Positions 9,486 to 20,496 are shown, numbered from the stretch's first letter. The stretch: DNA of 64,000 nucleotides from Patescibacteria group bacterium (GCA_020160975.1 JAIUPJ010000001.1:907551-971550); one strand, 5' to 3'. Numbers and translations: made by a program. The notes: generated by a model not told the origin, from the sequence alone.

Positions 9486-10981
9486 TGGCAAAGTTTTTGC
9501 GCGAGATTCTCCAGGCACGTGAACCAGCATTTAGCCAAGCGATTCGGCAGCTCGAAGGGATGACTGGGCGACGTGGCACCGATGTAGCCTATGTGGCAGA
9601 TATTCTGGCCCGGGCTCATGCAGTGATGCGTCAAATTGGGCTTGACCCGGCCGACACAACGGCGCTGGAATTATACAAAGCGTTGGGGGCCCATAGCGCC
9701 TCGGCGACATTATTCCACAGTACTGATGACGTTGCACTTTTGATTGATGGCCACGTAGTGTCCTTTAATCACGACGATATTCATGAGAATCTCAGCAAGA
9801 CATTTGAACTGCGTACCGCCAAGCATGTTCGTTGTCAGATTCAGCATGGTATGACGGCACGCTATGTGGCGGCCGATGGCGACAATGAAGTGGCTATCCA
9901 GGAAATTGTGGCGCAAGCCGGCATGAATATTTGTGACTTGAGCGACTATCACGAACAAAAAGTTGCCAGTAAGCGAGCAGTTGAAAAAAAGCCGTACCTT
10001 CTATTTATCGGTGACATTTTTACCGATGCATTTATTCAGCTGGACGAAAAGTCGTCTAAGGTTATTGTTGAGGATGACGGGAAAAAATGGCTGGCGGTGC
10101 CATACGGTCAAAAGCCAAAGTACGAGCGAGTCGATATCGTGCGTTCAGTTGGCCCCGCGCCAAATGCTGCTGTATCCTGTTCGCGGCTAGGCCTTGATGC
10201 GGGCCTCATGGCTTGGGTAGGTGGCGATGACGTCGGCAAAGAAGCATTAAGTCATTTGACAAGAGAAGGTGTGAGCACTGAGCCGATGGTTGTTGAGCGC
10301 GACAAAGCTACGAGCTACTGGTACGTGCTTCGCTACAACGCCGATCGCACTATGCTGGTAAAAAGTGAAAAATACCAATATAAATGGCAAGCGCCAAAGA
10401 CTACCCCTGATTGGGTATACTTGTCGTATATTGGGGAAGATTCCTGGTCGTTGCACGAAAGTCTGCTTGATTATCTGGAAATCACACCGAATACGAAATT
10501 GGTGTTTCAGCCCGGTACATTTCACTTCGCGTGGGGGCCAAAGAAACTAAAGCGTTTGTATGCGCGAGCACACATTGTAATTGTCAATCGAGAAGAAGCA
10601 GTCGACATTACGGGCGCAGACTATCATTCACTGCGTGGGCTGGCTGATGCCTTACATGCGATTGGCCCTGAAATTGTAGTGATCACCGACGGCCCCGACG
10701 GCTCTTACGCATCTCATGACGGCAAGCTCTATCAGATGCCAAACTATCCTGACCCCGTACCGCCAAAAGAGCGCACAGGAGCAGGTGATGCCTTTGCGTC
10801 AACGTTTGTGGCCGCACTTGCCATTGGTAAGTCAATCGACGAAGCATTGTCATGGGCGCCGATCAACAGCATGAACGTCGTCCAGCACATTGGCGCTCAG
10901 GCAGGACTATTGAAGCGATCAAGCTTGCTGCAGTTCTTAAAAGATGCACCTAAAAACTACAAAATAAAGGAGATTGAGTAA
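9485..10981 (+). CDS. fusion protein: unknown N-terminal domain (~170 aa) plus a PfkB-family kinase domain
   Basis: 498 aa. C-terminal ~320 aa align by eye to PfkB kinases (TGAGDAFASTFVAALAIG). The N-terminal 170 aa have no motif I recognise. Confidence 0.7.
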   Translation: MAKFLREILQAREPAFSQAIRQLEGMTGRRGTDVAYVADILARAHAVMRQIGLDPADTTALELYKALGAHSASATLFHSTDDVALLIDGHVVSFNHDDIHENLSKTFELRTAKHVRCQIQHGMTARYVAADGDNEVAIQEIVAQAGMNICDLSDYHEQKVASKRAVEKKPYLLFIGDIFTDAFIQLDEKSSKVIVEDDGKKWLAVPYGQKPKYERVDIVRSVGPAPNAAVSCSRLGLDAGLMAWVGGDDVGKEALSHLTREGVSTEPMVVERDKATSYWYVLRYNADRTMLVKSEKYQYKWQAPKTTPDWVYLSYIGEDSWSLHESLLDYLEITPNTKLVFQPGTFHFAWGPKKLKRLYARAHIVIVNREEAVDITGADYHSLRGLADALHAIGPEIVVITDGPDGSYASHDGKLYQMPNYPDPVPPKERTGAGDAFASTFVAALAIGKSIDEALSWAPINSMNVVQHIGAQAGLLKRSSLLQFLKDAPKNYKIKEIE

Positions 10982-10982
10982 T

Positions 10983-11606
10983 ATGCGATATCAGATTTGC
11001 GTATCAGGCGCAGCAGCAGGAGAAACTGTCGGCACTTCGCATGATCAGGCGTTTGCACTTGGAGTTGAGATTGCAAAAGCCGGCAAGACGCTATTGACCG
11101 GCGCAACTGTTGGCCTGCCTCACTATGCGGCGATGGGGTTCACTGGCGTAAAAAATGCGAAAGGCTCATCAATCGGTTTTAGTCCGGCTAGTAGCTTCCG
11201 TGAGCATGTCGCGACGTATCGACTGCCAACCAAAGAGTTTGACTATATCAATTTCACCGGTATGGAATATGTTGGGCGCGATGTGCATCTGGTACGCAGC
11301 GCTGACGCGGTGATTACCGTTGGAGGACGCATGGGGTCACTTCACGAACTGGCAACTGCCCTGGAAAGCCGTAAAGTGTGTGGGGTATTGCTCGGGTCGG
11401 GCGGCCTGGCTGATTACGCAGCAACGCTACTCAAGCATATCGAGGCACCAGGCGGCAAAGACGTGCTGTTCGACACCGATCCGAAACGATTGGTGGCAAA
11501 GGTGGTGGCTGAGCTTGACAAAAAATATGCTGATTTTCACGACATAGATTATGAGCGGGACTACGCAAGGGCAGAGGTGCCAAAGCTGACAAACCGTCGA
11601 GGCTAG
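10983..11606 (+). CDS. LOG/TIGR00725-family Rossmann-fold protein
   Basis: About 208 aa with ICVSGAA... and TVGGRMGSLHEL, the LOG-like GGxGTxxE region. The ORF track shows an alternative TTG start at 10974. Confidence 0.55.
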   Translation: MRYQICVSGAAAGETVGTSHDQAFALGVEIAKAGKTLLTGATVGLPHYAAMGFTGVKNAKGSSIGFSPASSFREHVATYRLPTKEFDYINFTGMEYVGRDVHLVRSADAVITVGGRMGSLHELATALESRKVCGVLLGSGGLADYAATLLKHIEAPGGKDVLFDTDPKRLVAKVVAELDKKYADFHDIDYERDYARAEVPKLTNRRG

Positions 11607-11648
11607 CAGCAAGATGGCGGGAGCAATGGTACATAGTATAATAGAAGG

Positions 11649-13616
11649 ATGAGCAAATTCCGCCTGGCTTCAAACTACCGACCAACTGGCGACCAGCCGA
11701 CGGCGATCGCGGCTTTGGTAATGGGGCTAGAAAAAGGAGACAAGGAGCAAACGCTCTTGGGTGTGACAGGGTCGGGTAAGACGTTTACCATGGCGAATAT
11801 TATTGCCAAACGCAATGTTCCGACACTTGTGTTAGCGCACAATAAAACACTTGCGGCACAGCTCTATAGCGAGTTCAAATCATTTTTTCCCGACAACGAA
11901 GTTCATTATTTTGTGAGCTACTTTGATTATTATCAGCCAGAAGCCTATATCGCCAGCAGTGATACGTATATTGAGAAAGACAGTGCCATCAATGAAGAAA
12001 TTGACCGACTTCGTCACGCAGCCACAAGCGCACTCTTGACGCGTCGCGATACGATCATAGTGGCCAGTGTGAGCTGTATTTATGGTATCGGTTCGCCCGA
12101 TGATTATGCCGAAATGTCAATTACGGTGCAGCGCGGTGAACGCCGTGTGCAAGACAAATTTGTGCGACAACTGACTGATATCCAGTATCATCGCAACGAC
12201 ATTGATTTTGCACGCGGAACATTTCGGGTGCGTGGAGACGTAGTCGATATATTTCCCGCTGGTCATGATTCGGCTTATCGTATCGAATTTTTTGGTGATA
12301 CAGTAGATCGCATCACCAATATTGATCCACTTACTGGTGAAATATTACATGAGCCAGAATATGTAAAAATCTTTCCATCGAGTCACTACGTCACTCCGAA
12401 GGACAAGGTTGCGCGAGCAATTGAAAACATCAAACTCGAATTTGAGTCACGCATGGCATGGTTTGAGAAGCACGATAAATATCTGGAAGCGCAGCGTTTG
12501 GCGCAGCGTACCAAATTTGACCTTGAGATGCTCGAAGAAACAGGCTTTGTGAAAGGTATCGAAAACTATAGCCGCTATCTCACCAACCGAGAGCCTGGCG
12601 AGCAACCAGCAACATTGCTCGATTATTTCCCTGATGACTTTTTGTTGTTTGTGGACGAAAGTCACGTTACCTTGCCACAGGTACGAGGCATGTATAACGG
12701 TGACCGCGCGCGTAAAGAGATTTTGGTCGAGTATGGGTTTCGGTTGCCAAGTGCACTTGATAACCGCCCATTGAAGTTTGAAGAATTTGACCGGCACATC
12801 AACCAGGCGATATTTGTTTCTGCAACGCCAGGGCCATATGAAAAAGAGCATACACCAGAGATGGTACAGCAAATTATTCGCCCAACCGGCCTGCTCGACC
12901 CGCCGATTGATGTGCGCGGCAGTGAGGGTCAGATCGACGATCTGATCGCTGAGATTCGTGACCGCACAGCCAAACATCAACGCGTGCTAGTGACGACACT
13001 TACCAAGCGAATGGCAGAGGATCTCAGCCAGCACCTGATTGATATTGGTATAAAAACGGCGTACATTCACAGCGATATTGATACGCTGGAGCGTGGTGAT
13101 ATTTTGCGAGATCTTCGTATGGGTGTCTATGACGTGCTGGTAGGGATTAATCTTTTGCGCGAAGGGCTTGATTTGCCTGAGGTATCACTGGTAGCGATTA
13201 TTGATGCCGACAAAGAGGGGTTTTTGCGCAGTGAGGGCGCGCTAATCCAGACAATTGGGCGCGCAGCTCGCCATGTCGAAGGATCGGTGATTATGTATGC
13301 CGACAATGTGACAGATAGCATGCGACGCGCGATCGACGAGACGAACCGGCGCCGAGAGATCCAGCATGAGTATAACGTCAAGCATGGGATCACACCGCGT
13401 GGTGTCGACAAAGCAATAGACGAAGGGCTACGCGCGATTATTCCGCAAAAGGAAGATACAAAGAACAAACTTAACCTCAATAAAATTCCAAAAGATGAAT
13501 ACGGTAGCTTGGTGAAAGACCTCGAAGGCCAGATGAAACTAGCCAGCGCTAATCTTGAGTTCGAGCGGGCCGCCGAACTGCGCGATCTGATTGCAGATAT
13601 AAAAAGCAAAATGTAA
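11649..13616 (+). CDS. uvrB: excinuclease ABC subunit B
   Basis: 655 aa. Helicase motifs GVTGSGKT and DESH, plus a C-terminal UVR domain ([13 protein letters not shown]). Confidence 0.97.
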   Translation: MSKFRLASNYRPTGDQPTAIAALVMGLEKGDKEQTLLGVTGSGKTFTMANIIAKRNVPTLVLAHNKTLAAQLYSEFKSFFPDNEVHYFVSYFDYYQPEAYIASSDTYIEKDSAINEEIDRLRHAATSALLTRRDTIIVASVSCIYGIGSPDDYAEMSITVQRGERRVQDKFVRQLTDIQYHRNDIDFARGTFRVRGDVVDIFPAGHDSAYRIEFFGDTVDRITNIDPLTGEILHEPEYVKIFPSSHYVTPKDKVARAIENIKLEFESRMAWFEKHDKYLEAQRLAQRTKFDLEMLEETGFVKGIENYSRYLTNREPGEQPATLLDYFPDDFLLFVDESHVTLPQVRGMYNGDRARKEILVEYGFRLPSALDNRPLKFEEFDRHINQAIFVSATPGPYEKEHTPEMVQQIIRPTGLLDPPIDVRGSEGQIDDLIAEIRDRTAKHQRVLVTTLTKRMAEDLSQHLIDIGIKTAYIHSDIDTLERGDILRDLRMGVYDVLVGINLLREGLDLPEVSLVAIIDADKEGFLRSEGALIQTIGRAARHVEGSVIMYADNVTDSMRRAIDETNRRREIQHEYNVKHGITPRGVDKAIDEGLRAIIPQKEDTKNKLNLNKIPKDEYGSLVKDLEGQMKLASANLEFERAAELRDLIADIKSKM

Positions 13617-13817
13617 CTCACCCCTCAGACCACACCGCTCGAACCGCAGTGATAGCACTCATCTGTTATGCTGCAAGCTGTTTGGTATGTCGCTCAAATC
13701 ATCGTGATCAAGTAAATTCTTGAGGTAACCCAAGGAGTCAAAGTTAGACCAGTGCGAAGAATAATGATGTTCACCCCGCACCAGACAGCTTTTTCGGCAC
13801 TTTATAATCCACGGTAG

Positions 13818-15584
13818 CTATTCCTGCGAGACGATCAGTACAGTATATGCAGGCAGAGAGATGGTAGCGAGTGACTGATCATCGGTCGTAATATGCTCGA
13901 TGGAAACATTTGCAAAATCGCTGCTGTAGCCACTCCAGGTGCTGTTGAACCGAACTTTCCATGCCCCGGAGCGTGGCAATGTGAGCTGGTAAGTTGTGAA
14001 ATTCTGGTCACTAATATTTGCGACAACTAGCACGTCATCACCTGGGCCACCATCCTGCCATCGATGGTATCCGATAACTCCATTGTTATCATCCTGGTGA
14101 AAAATAGCGGTGTGTTGGCCAAGCAGACCAGCGGTATTGTGATGGTGGTTGAGCCGAAGATCAATCAAATGACGATGAGCGGTGATAATTCCAGCGTGCT
14201 TGGTCGCTTGCTCCCACTCTAGTGCTTCCCAGTCATTGAAAGCGCCTTTTTGCAAAAATTCACTACCCTGGAGAAGCATAGGGATACCCGGACCGGTGAG
14301 CATGAGGCTATTGGCAAGCAGGAGCGTTTGGCGGGCTTCCAGGCTGGTAGGATCCTGAGGATTGATGGCGTCGTTAAGGCGTACTGATCCATTAGCCGCA
14401 GTGTCGTGCGAATCGCTGAAGATGACTTTCTCAAATACATTGCCGTTATACGATTTTTCGAGCACATTACGAATACTAGCAAGCGTACGAGGATGGTTAG
14501 GTGTCACGCCCAGGGAATCTCGTACCGCATGCGGAAAGCTTAGCTCCCACTGCGCATCAAATGCACACCCATTGTCGGCTCGTGCCTTGGTGAGGAAGGC
14601 GCTATTGGCGCAATCCTCAGCGATCATGATAGCCTGGGGATTGATTTTGTGGGCAAGCGCCACGATGTCTTGCAGAAGAAACCATGCATCGGGAATATCA
14701 TGTGCTGGATCATTGTCGCGTCCTTCGGTATTTCTCATGTATATTGTCGAGTCAATACGTAGTCCATCGAGTCGGTATTCAGTTAGCCACATAGTTATAT
14801 TATCGAGTATAAATTGGCGCACTTCCGGCCTACCATAATCTGGCCGGCCTCCCCATGGCGTGTCGCCACGCTCGTCGTTGTAGAAGTAGATGCCGCCGCG
14901 GTTGTTTTCGCTCCAGCCGTCAAATTGCCACAAATCAGTATTGCCAGAAAAATGATTGTAGACGACATCGAGAATTACTCCTATGCCGCGTTTGTGAGCC
15001 TCGCGCACAAATTTCATCAATCCATGACGTCCGCCGAGCATCGCCTCGACGCTATAGATATAATTTGGCGCGTAGCCCCATCCATTGCTGTACGCCATGC
15101 TAGTAACGGGCATTAGTTCAATCATGTTGACGCCGAGATCACTTAAGTAGTCGAGCTTTTCAATCGCAGAATCAAATGTGCCAGGCGTGGAGGCATCGGG
15201 ACGGTGAAAGGTGCCGACATGCAGTTCGTAAATCACTTGCTGATCATGAGGCGGAGGAACGAATGTGACATCCTCCCAGTCAAACGTGTCGTCGACAATC
15301 ACACTTAAGCCCTGGTCGCTGCTCGTGATTGCGCGCGCTCGAGGGTCGTTTTTCTCGATTACATTCGTCCCGGTTTTAATTAAGTATTTGTAGACATGAC
15401 CGGGCTCAACGTCATCGATTGTCACTGACCAATACCCGTCCTGCTCGCTCTCAAGCGGAATGGGATGGTCGGGCGTGAAGGTTCCGGCAATTTGTATTGC
15501 GCTCGCAAACGGTGCCCACAGCCGAAATTCGGCACGTTTGCCGCGGAGGGTGACGCCCATGTTTTTTTTGACTTGGTGAGGCAT
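13818..15584 (-). CDS. GH13 alpha-amylase-family enzyme with N-terminal CBM48 (TreZ/branching-enzyme-like)
   Basis: 588 aa. YELHVGTF, GVILDVVYNH, RLDGLRID and FSDSHD conserved regions of GH13. Confidence 0.8.
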   Translation of the reverse strand: MPHQVKKNMGVTLRGKRAEFRLWAPFASAIQIAGTFTPDHPIPLESEQDGYWSVTIDDVEPGHVYKYLIKTGTNVIEKNDPRARAITSSDQGLSVIVDDTFDWEDVTFVPPPHDQQVIYELHVGTFHRPDASTPGTFDSAIEKLDYLSDLGVNMIELMPVTSMAYSNGWGYAPNYIYSVEAMLGGRHGLMKFVREAHKRGIGVILDVVYNHFSGNTDLWQFDGWSENNRGGIYFYNDERGDTPWGGRPDYGRPEVRQFILDNITMWLTEYRLDGLRIDSTIYMRNTEGRDNDPAHDIPDAWFLLQDIVALAHKINPQAIMIAEDCANSAFLTKARADNGCAFDAQWELSFPHAVRDSLGVTPNHPRTLASIRNVLEKSYNGNVFEKVIFSDSHDTAANGSVRLNDAINPQDPTSLEARQTLLLANSLMLTGPGIPMLLQGSEFLQKGAFNDWEALEWEQATKHAGIITAHRHLIDLRLNHHHNTAGLLGQHTAIFHQDDNNGVIGYHRWQDGGPGDDVLVVANISDQNFTTYQLTLPRSGAWKVRFNSTWSGYSSDFANVSIEHITTDDQSLATISLPAYTVLIVSQE

Positions 15585-15660
15585 ATGTTATTAGTATAAA
15601 GCATAAGTAGTATCATATACATCTTTGAGAGCAGTAAAGGCTAGGGTATAATAAGAGGCA

Positions 15661-15951
15661 ATGAGTACAATCTCTACCGATGATGTGCGGCATCTCGCCG
15701 CGTTGAGTAATTTGCAGCTGAGCGATGATGAAGTGACGGCGCTCCAGCTTGATCTTGGCAACATTCTGACGTATATCGAACAGCTCGGATCGCTTGACAC
15801 CTCACACGTGGAGCCCACCTACCAGGTGACTGGTCTTGAAAATGTCTGGCGCGATGACACAGTACGGGAAAGCACCGTGACTCGTGAGGATTTGCTGGCA
15901 CTTGCACCCGAGCAAGCAGACCAGAGCGTAAAGGTACCAAAAGTACTATGA
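15661..15951 (+). CDS. gatC: Asp/Glu-tRNA amidotransferase subunit C
   Basis: 96 aa, directly upstream of and overlapping gatA. Typical GatC sequence. Confidence 0.9.
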   Translation: MSTISTDDVRHLAALSNLQLSDDEVTALQLDLGNILTYIEQLGSLDTSHVEPTYQVTGLENVWRDDTVRESTVTREDLLALAPEQADQSVKVPKVL

Positions 15952-17360
15952 GCCAAACGATTACCGATATTATCGCAAGCATACAAGCCGGCCAGACATC
16001 AGCTCGTGCCGAGGTTGAGACGGCGCTTGCAAAAGCTCGCGAGCACGAATCATACCATGCATTACTTCATTTGACGGAAGAAAGAGCGCTACAGCGAGCT
16101 GATGAGATTGATGCTCGTCTCAAGGCAGGCGAGAAGGTTGGCGAGCTTGCAGGAGTGCCGTTCGTTGTTAAAGATAACTTTTTGGCATTTGGCGCACCAA
16201 CCACAGCAGCAAGCAAGCTGTTGGAGAATTTTGATGCGCCAGTTCAAGCAACGGTGGTTGAAAAGCTTGAAGCCGCTGGAGCGATTTGTATCGGCAAGTC
16301 GAACCTCGATGCATTTGCTCATGGTGGCTCAACAGAGAATTCTGCATATGGTGTCACTCACAATGCGTTTGATACCACAAGAGTCGCTGGCGGTTCTTCA
16401 GGTGGTTCGGCCGTGGTGACTGCACTTGATATTGTGCCGTTTGCCCTCGGCAGCGACACGGGAGGATCAATTCGGCAGCCGGCGAGTTTTAACGGTATTT
16501 TTGGCTACAAACCGACCTATGGCATGGTCAGTCGATACGGTGTTGTAGCCATGGCTAGCAGCACCGACTGTATGGGCTGTTTCGCACGCACCGCAGACGA
16601 TGTGGCACGAGTCATGGCCATCATGGCTGGTCAAGATGACAAAGACATGACGACATTACCTAACTATTTTGTCCCAACTGCACCGTCTAAGATAAATGCG
16701 AAAATCGGTGTCATCAAAGAAACGATGGGGGATGGTGTTGATGACGATGTCCGTCATGCGACTGAGCAATATATTGCGTCACTGCGCGCTGCTGGACACA
16801 CAGTTGACGAAGTGAGTATGCCTACCTTGCCGCTCGCACTCGCAATGTATTACATCATTGTTCCTGCCGAAGTTTCAAGCAACCTAGCACGGTATGATGG
16901 GATTCGGTACGGTCGTCGTGCGAGTGGTGTCCAAACGCTTGCCGAGCTATATGGACGTTCCCGTGACGAAGGATTTGTGACGGAAAATAAACGGCGGATT
17001 ATGATTGGAAGCTACGTGCTCTCGAGCGGTTTTTTTGATGCATACTACCAGCAAGCGCAAAAGGCGCGCACGTTGCTCATGGGCGAATTTTCAGGACTGT
17101 TTAATGAGTATGACTTTTTATTGTCGCCAACTGCACCAACGGTGGCATTCGGCATCGGTGAAAACACTAGTGATCCTGTCAAAATGTATCTCAGCGATGT
17201 CATGACAGTTCCGCCGAGCTTGGCAGGCTTGCCAGCTATCAGTGTGCCGGCAGGAGAAAATGCCGCAGGCTTGCCGATCGGTGTGCAGTTAATTGGTCCT
17301 ATGAAGTCGGATGCCGCATTGATCGCACTGAGCGGCAGCATGGAGGTGCACCGTGGATAG
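15948..17360 (+). CDS. gatA: Asp/Glu-tRNA amidotransferase subunit A (amidase)
   Basis: 470 aa with the amidase signature GGSSGGSAV and the GVPFVVKDNF motif. Confidence 0.95.
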   Translation: MSQTITDIIASIQAGQTSARAEVETALAKAREHESYHALLHLTEERALQRADEIDARLKAGEKVGELAGVPFVVKDNFLAFGAPTTAASKLLENFDAPVQATVVEKLEAAGAICIGKSNLDAFAHGGSTENSAYGVTHNAFDTTRVAGGSSGGSAVVTALDIVPFALGSDTGGSIRQPASFNGIFGYKPTYGMVSRYGVVAMASSTDCMGCFARTADDVARVMAIMAGQDDKDMTTLPNYFVPTAPSKINAKIGVIKETMGDGVDDDVRHATEQYIASLRAAGHTVDEVSMPTLPLALAMYYIIVPAEVSSNLARYDGIRYGRRASGVQTLAELYGRSRDEGFVTENKRRIMIGSYVLSSGFFDAYYQQAQKARTLLMGEFSGLFNEYDFLLSPTAPTVAFGIGENTSDPVKMYLSDVMTVPPSLAGLPAISVPAGENAAGLPIGVQLIGPMKSDAALIALSGSMEVHRG

Positions 17361-17775
17361 TCCTGCAATTTCTTTTCTTCTCGCCGGAGTCGTGCTCGTG
17401 TCGCTTGTTGGTGTGATTTATCTAATGATTGGCATGAAGGCGGGAGCACGTCTGGCCGTCGAAAAATACCAGTCTCGCTGGATGGCTATCGAAAGTTCAC
17501 TCGACCGTCACAACCCTAGCAGCTGGACACTCGCGGTACTCGAAGCCGACAAGTTGCTCGACAAAGCGTTGCGGGAGCGGAACTTTCGTGGCAATACCAT
17601 GGGTGAGCGTATGAAATCTGCCCAGAAAGTTTGGAAAAACGCCAATCACATATGGACGGCTCACAAGATTCGTAATCAACTGGCACATGACACGGACGCA
17701 GACATCAGTTACGACACTGCTGCTCGATCACTGGTAGCGTTTAAGCAAGGCTTGAAAGATTTAGGGGCAATTTAA
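17353..17775 (+). CDS. hypothetical membrane-anchored protein with a C-terminal Rx4H (HEPN-like) motif
   Basis: 140 aa. N-terminal TM helix, then an alpha-helical region containing KIRNQLAHD. Overlaps the gatA stop and ends 3 nt before gatB. Confidence 0.5.
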   Translation: MDSPAISFLLAGVVLVSLVGVIYLMIGMKAGARLAVEKYQSRWMAIESSLDRHNPSSWTLAVLEADKLLDKALRERNFRGNTMGERMKSAQKVWKNANHIWTAHKIRNQLAHDTDADISYDTAARSLVAFKQGLKDLGAI

Positions 17776-17777
17776 CA

Positions 17778-19244
17778 ATGAGTATACTTAAATCAGAAAT
17801 TTTCGACACCTATGAAATGACAATCGGTGTTGAGTGTCATGTGCAGCTTGCGACCAAGACGAAATTATTCAGCCCAGCAGACAACGATGCGCGCGATGCC
17901 GATCCGAATAGCAAGGTACACCCGATTGACTTTGGGCTTCCTGGTATGTTGCCAGTGCTCAACCGCCATGCTGTAGATTTGGCGATCCGCGCGGGCAAAG
18001 CGCTGAATGCCGAGATTGCAAACATCAGTCGCTTTGACCGCAAACATTATTTCTATCCCGATCTACCAAAAGGCTATCAGACTACTCAGATGTATCAGCC
18101 GATAATTCTTGCAGGCTATGTTGAGGCACCACTTGAAGATGGTAGCTCGGTGAGGGTGCGCGTGCACCATGCTCATATGGAAGAGGATGCCGGCAAATTA
18201 ACTCACTTCGGGGGGTATAGCCTGGTGGATCTCAACCGCGCTGGCACGCCGTTGATTGAAATTGTGTCAGAGCCAGATATTCACTCCGCTGCTGAGGCAC
18301 GGGCATATGCCACCGAGCTTCACCGCTTGATGACATATGCGGGCGTGACACATGGTGACTTATATCATGGCAATATGCGTTTTGATGTCAACGTCAGTGT
18401 GGCAAAGAAAGGTGCTGCCGAGCTTGGAAAGCGCGCCGAGGTCAAGAACCTTAACTCTTTCCGCAGTGTTGAACGTGCTGCAGAGTACGAGTTCCGTCGA
18501 CAGGTTGAGCTACTTGAAAGCGGCGAGCGAGTGGTGCAAGAAACGCGAGGATGGAGTGATGACTCGGGTATGACTACCAGCCAGCGCAGCAAAGAGGATG
18601 CCCAGGATTATCGCTATATGCCCGACGCTGATATTCCGCCGATTGTGCTAACTGATGAGGAGATTGCTGAGATTCAAGCAGATATGCCGATGTTGCCCGG
18701 TGAATTCCGGGACACACTGAGAGGTGCTGGGCTTGATTTTGCGATGACCGAGACTGCGCTCGCGATTACTGATGCAAAAGTTCGCGATTTTCTTGTTGAG
18801 ATCGCGGCAGCTACTAACGGCGAAGTGCGTCGACGAATTTTGAACTGGCTCGTTATTGATGTGCAAGGCAAAGTAAGTGCTGGTGATGATACGTGGGAAG
18901 GCAAGCAACTACTACCTGACCATATCGTGCAGCTTGCGGAGATGGCGGAGAAAAACGAAATCAGTAGCAACTCAGCAGTCACTGTATTGTTCGAAATGCT
19001 GTCAAGCGGTGATGCGCCTCGAATGATTGCAGAAGCAAAGAATCTCTTGCAGGTGAGCGACGAAAACGCGATCGGCGAGATTGTCGATGCAGTAATGGCC
19101 CATGAAGCGTCAGCCGCTTCGATTGCAGATATCAAGGCTGGCAAAGACAAAGCGATCGGCTATCTTGTCGGGCAAGTCATGAAGCAGTCACAGGGCAAAG
19201 CCAACCCTGCACTTGCACAAAAACTAATTCGCGAAAGACTCTAA
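17778..19244 (+). CDS. gatB: Asp/Glu-tRNA amidotransferase subunit B
   Basis: 488 aa. N-terminus ...YEMTIGVECHVQL... and a GatB/YqeY C-terminal domain. Confidence 0.95.
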   Translation: MSILKSEIFDTYEMTIGVECHVQLATKTKLFSPADNDARDADPNSKVHPIDFGLPGMLPVLNRHAVDLAIRAGKALNAEIANISRFDRKHYFYPDLPKGYQTTQMYQPIILAGYVEAPLEDGSSVRVRVHHAHMEEDAGKLTHFGGYSLVDLNRAGTPLIEIVSEPDIHSAAEARAYATELHRLMTYAGVTHGDLYHGNMRFDVNVSVAKKGAAELGKRAEVKNLNSFRSVERAAEYEFRRQVELLESGERVVQETRGWSDDSGMTTSQRSKEDAQDYRYMPDADIPPIVLTDEEIAEIQADMPMLPGEFRDTLRGAGLDFAMTETALAITDAKVRDFLVEIAAATNGEVRRRILNWLVIDVQGKVSAGDDTWEGKQLLPDHIVQLAEMAEKNEISSNSAVTVLFEMLSSGDAPRMIAEAKNLLQVSDENAIGEIVDAVMAHEASAASIADIKAGKDKAIGYLVGQVMKQSQGKANPALAQKLIRERL

Positions 19245-19252
19245 GGAGGAAT

Positions 19253-20155
19253 ATGAAACGACCAACCAAAGCAATCATCGCTGCTGCAGGATTTGGCACA
19301 CGGTTCTTGCCTCAAACCAAAGCGATGCCAAAAGAAATGATGCCCCTGATTGACAAGCCAATCATCCAGTACGTTGTGGAAGAATTGGTAGCGGCCGGAG
19401 TGAAAGACATCATTATCGTGGGCTCCAGCAACAAGCGTGCTATCGAAGATCATTTTGATATGCCGAGCGAAGAGTTGCTGGCAAACCTGCGCGCAGGAGG
19501 AGAGAAGAAGCAGCCTTTTATTGATCAGATTGAGGCAATTGGCGATCTGGCTAATTTCATCTATGTACGTCAAAAAGGTCCCTATGGAAATGCGACGCCC
19601 CTCGCTTGTGCCGCTCACCTAGTGGATCCAAATGAATCGTTCTACTACACCTGGGCGGATGATTTTTTCATGGCAACACCGAGCCGCTTTGTGCAAATGG
19701 CAGAAGTAGCAGAGGAGCGTGATGGTGCGGTGCTATCCTGTAAACGTTCTGTCCATGAAGAAGAATATACCAAATATGGGTTTGTGGCAGGCGAAGAGGT
19801 GACTGATGGCGTTATCAAGATGAGTTCGGTTGCCGAAAAACCAGGTAAGCAACAGGCGCCGAGCGATCTGGCGAGCGTCAGTAGCTACTTGCTTCCGGGA
19901 AAGTTCTTTAGCTACCTAGAGGAGGCAAAGGCGAACTTTGATGGGATGGGCGAATTCACTTTTCAGCCAATCATGCAGGCGATGATTGATGACGGCCATT
20001 CATTCTATGGTTGCGAAATCAAGAATGGCACGTTCTACGATACAGGTGATAAGCTTGAATACCTAAAAACAGTCATTGATTTTGGCCTCGCTCACCGCTC
20101 GCTCGGGCCGGCGCTTCGCGAGCATTTGAGTGCACGAATAAATCAGAACTCGTGA
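19253..20155 (+). CDS. galU: UTP-glucose-1-phosphate uridylyltransferase
   Basis: 300 aa with the nucleotidyltransferase motif AAGFGTRFLPQTKAMPKEM. AGGAGG RBS upstream. Confidence 0.9.
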   Translation: MKRPTKAIIAAAGFGTRFLPQTKAMPKEMMPLIDKPIIQYVVEELVAAGVKDIIIVGSSNKRAIEDHFDMPSEELLANLRAGGEKKQPFIDQIEAIGDLANFIYVRQKGPYGNATPLACAAHLVDPNESFYYTWADDFFMATPSRFVQMAEVAEERDGAVLSCKRSVHEEEYTKYGFVAGEEVTDGVIKMSSVAEKPGKQQAPSDLASVSSYLLPGKFFSYLEEAKANFDGMGEFTFQPIMQAMIDDGHSFYGCEIKNGTFYDTGDKLEYLKTVIDFGLAHRSLGPALREHLSARINQNS

Positions 20156-20247
20156 ACTATTTCACAACCGAGGCGTTCCCATCGGTGCTATACTAAATAT
20201 AGCGTCGTACAAACGCGAACGCACTAAACAAAGGAGCTTTCATTTCT

Positions 20248-20484
20248 ATGGAATGGGCACAAATTCTAGTTATCATTCTGTCGGTATTTTTAGCGCTTTT
20301 CCTGGTGCTCGCGATCGTCTTGACGGCCTTGCTTATCAAGGTGACACGACAGATAAAAGGCATCACGGCAACCGCAGAGCGGACTGCTCTCAAATTTGAG
20401 AGTGCAGCCGATAGTGCCGCCAAGTTTGCATCGCCGATCGCGATCGCTAGACTCGTACAAAGTTTTATTAATAGAGCTAAATAG
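20248..20484 (+). CDS. small membrane protein
   Basis: 78-aa ORF with one long TM segment. Confidence 0.4.
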   Translation: MEWAQILVIILSVFLALFLVLAIVLTALLIKVTRQIKGITATAERTALKFESAADSAAKFASPIAIARLVQSFINRAK

Positions 20485-20496
20485 GAGGACAATTCT

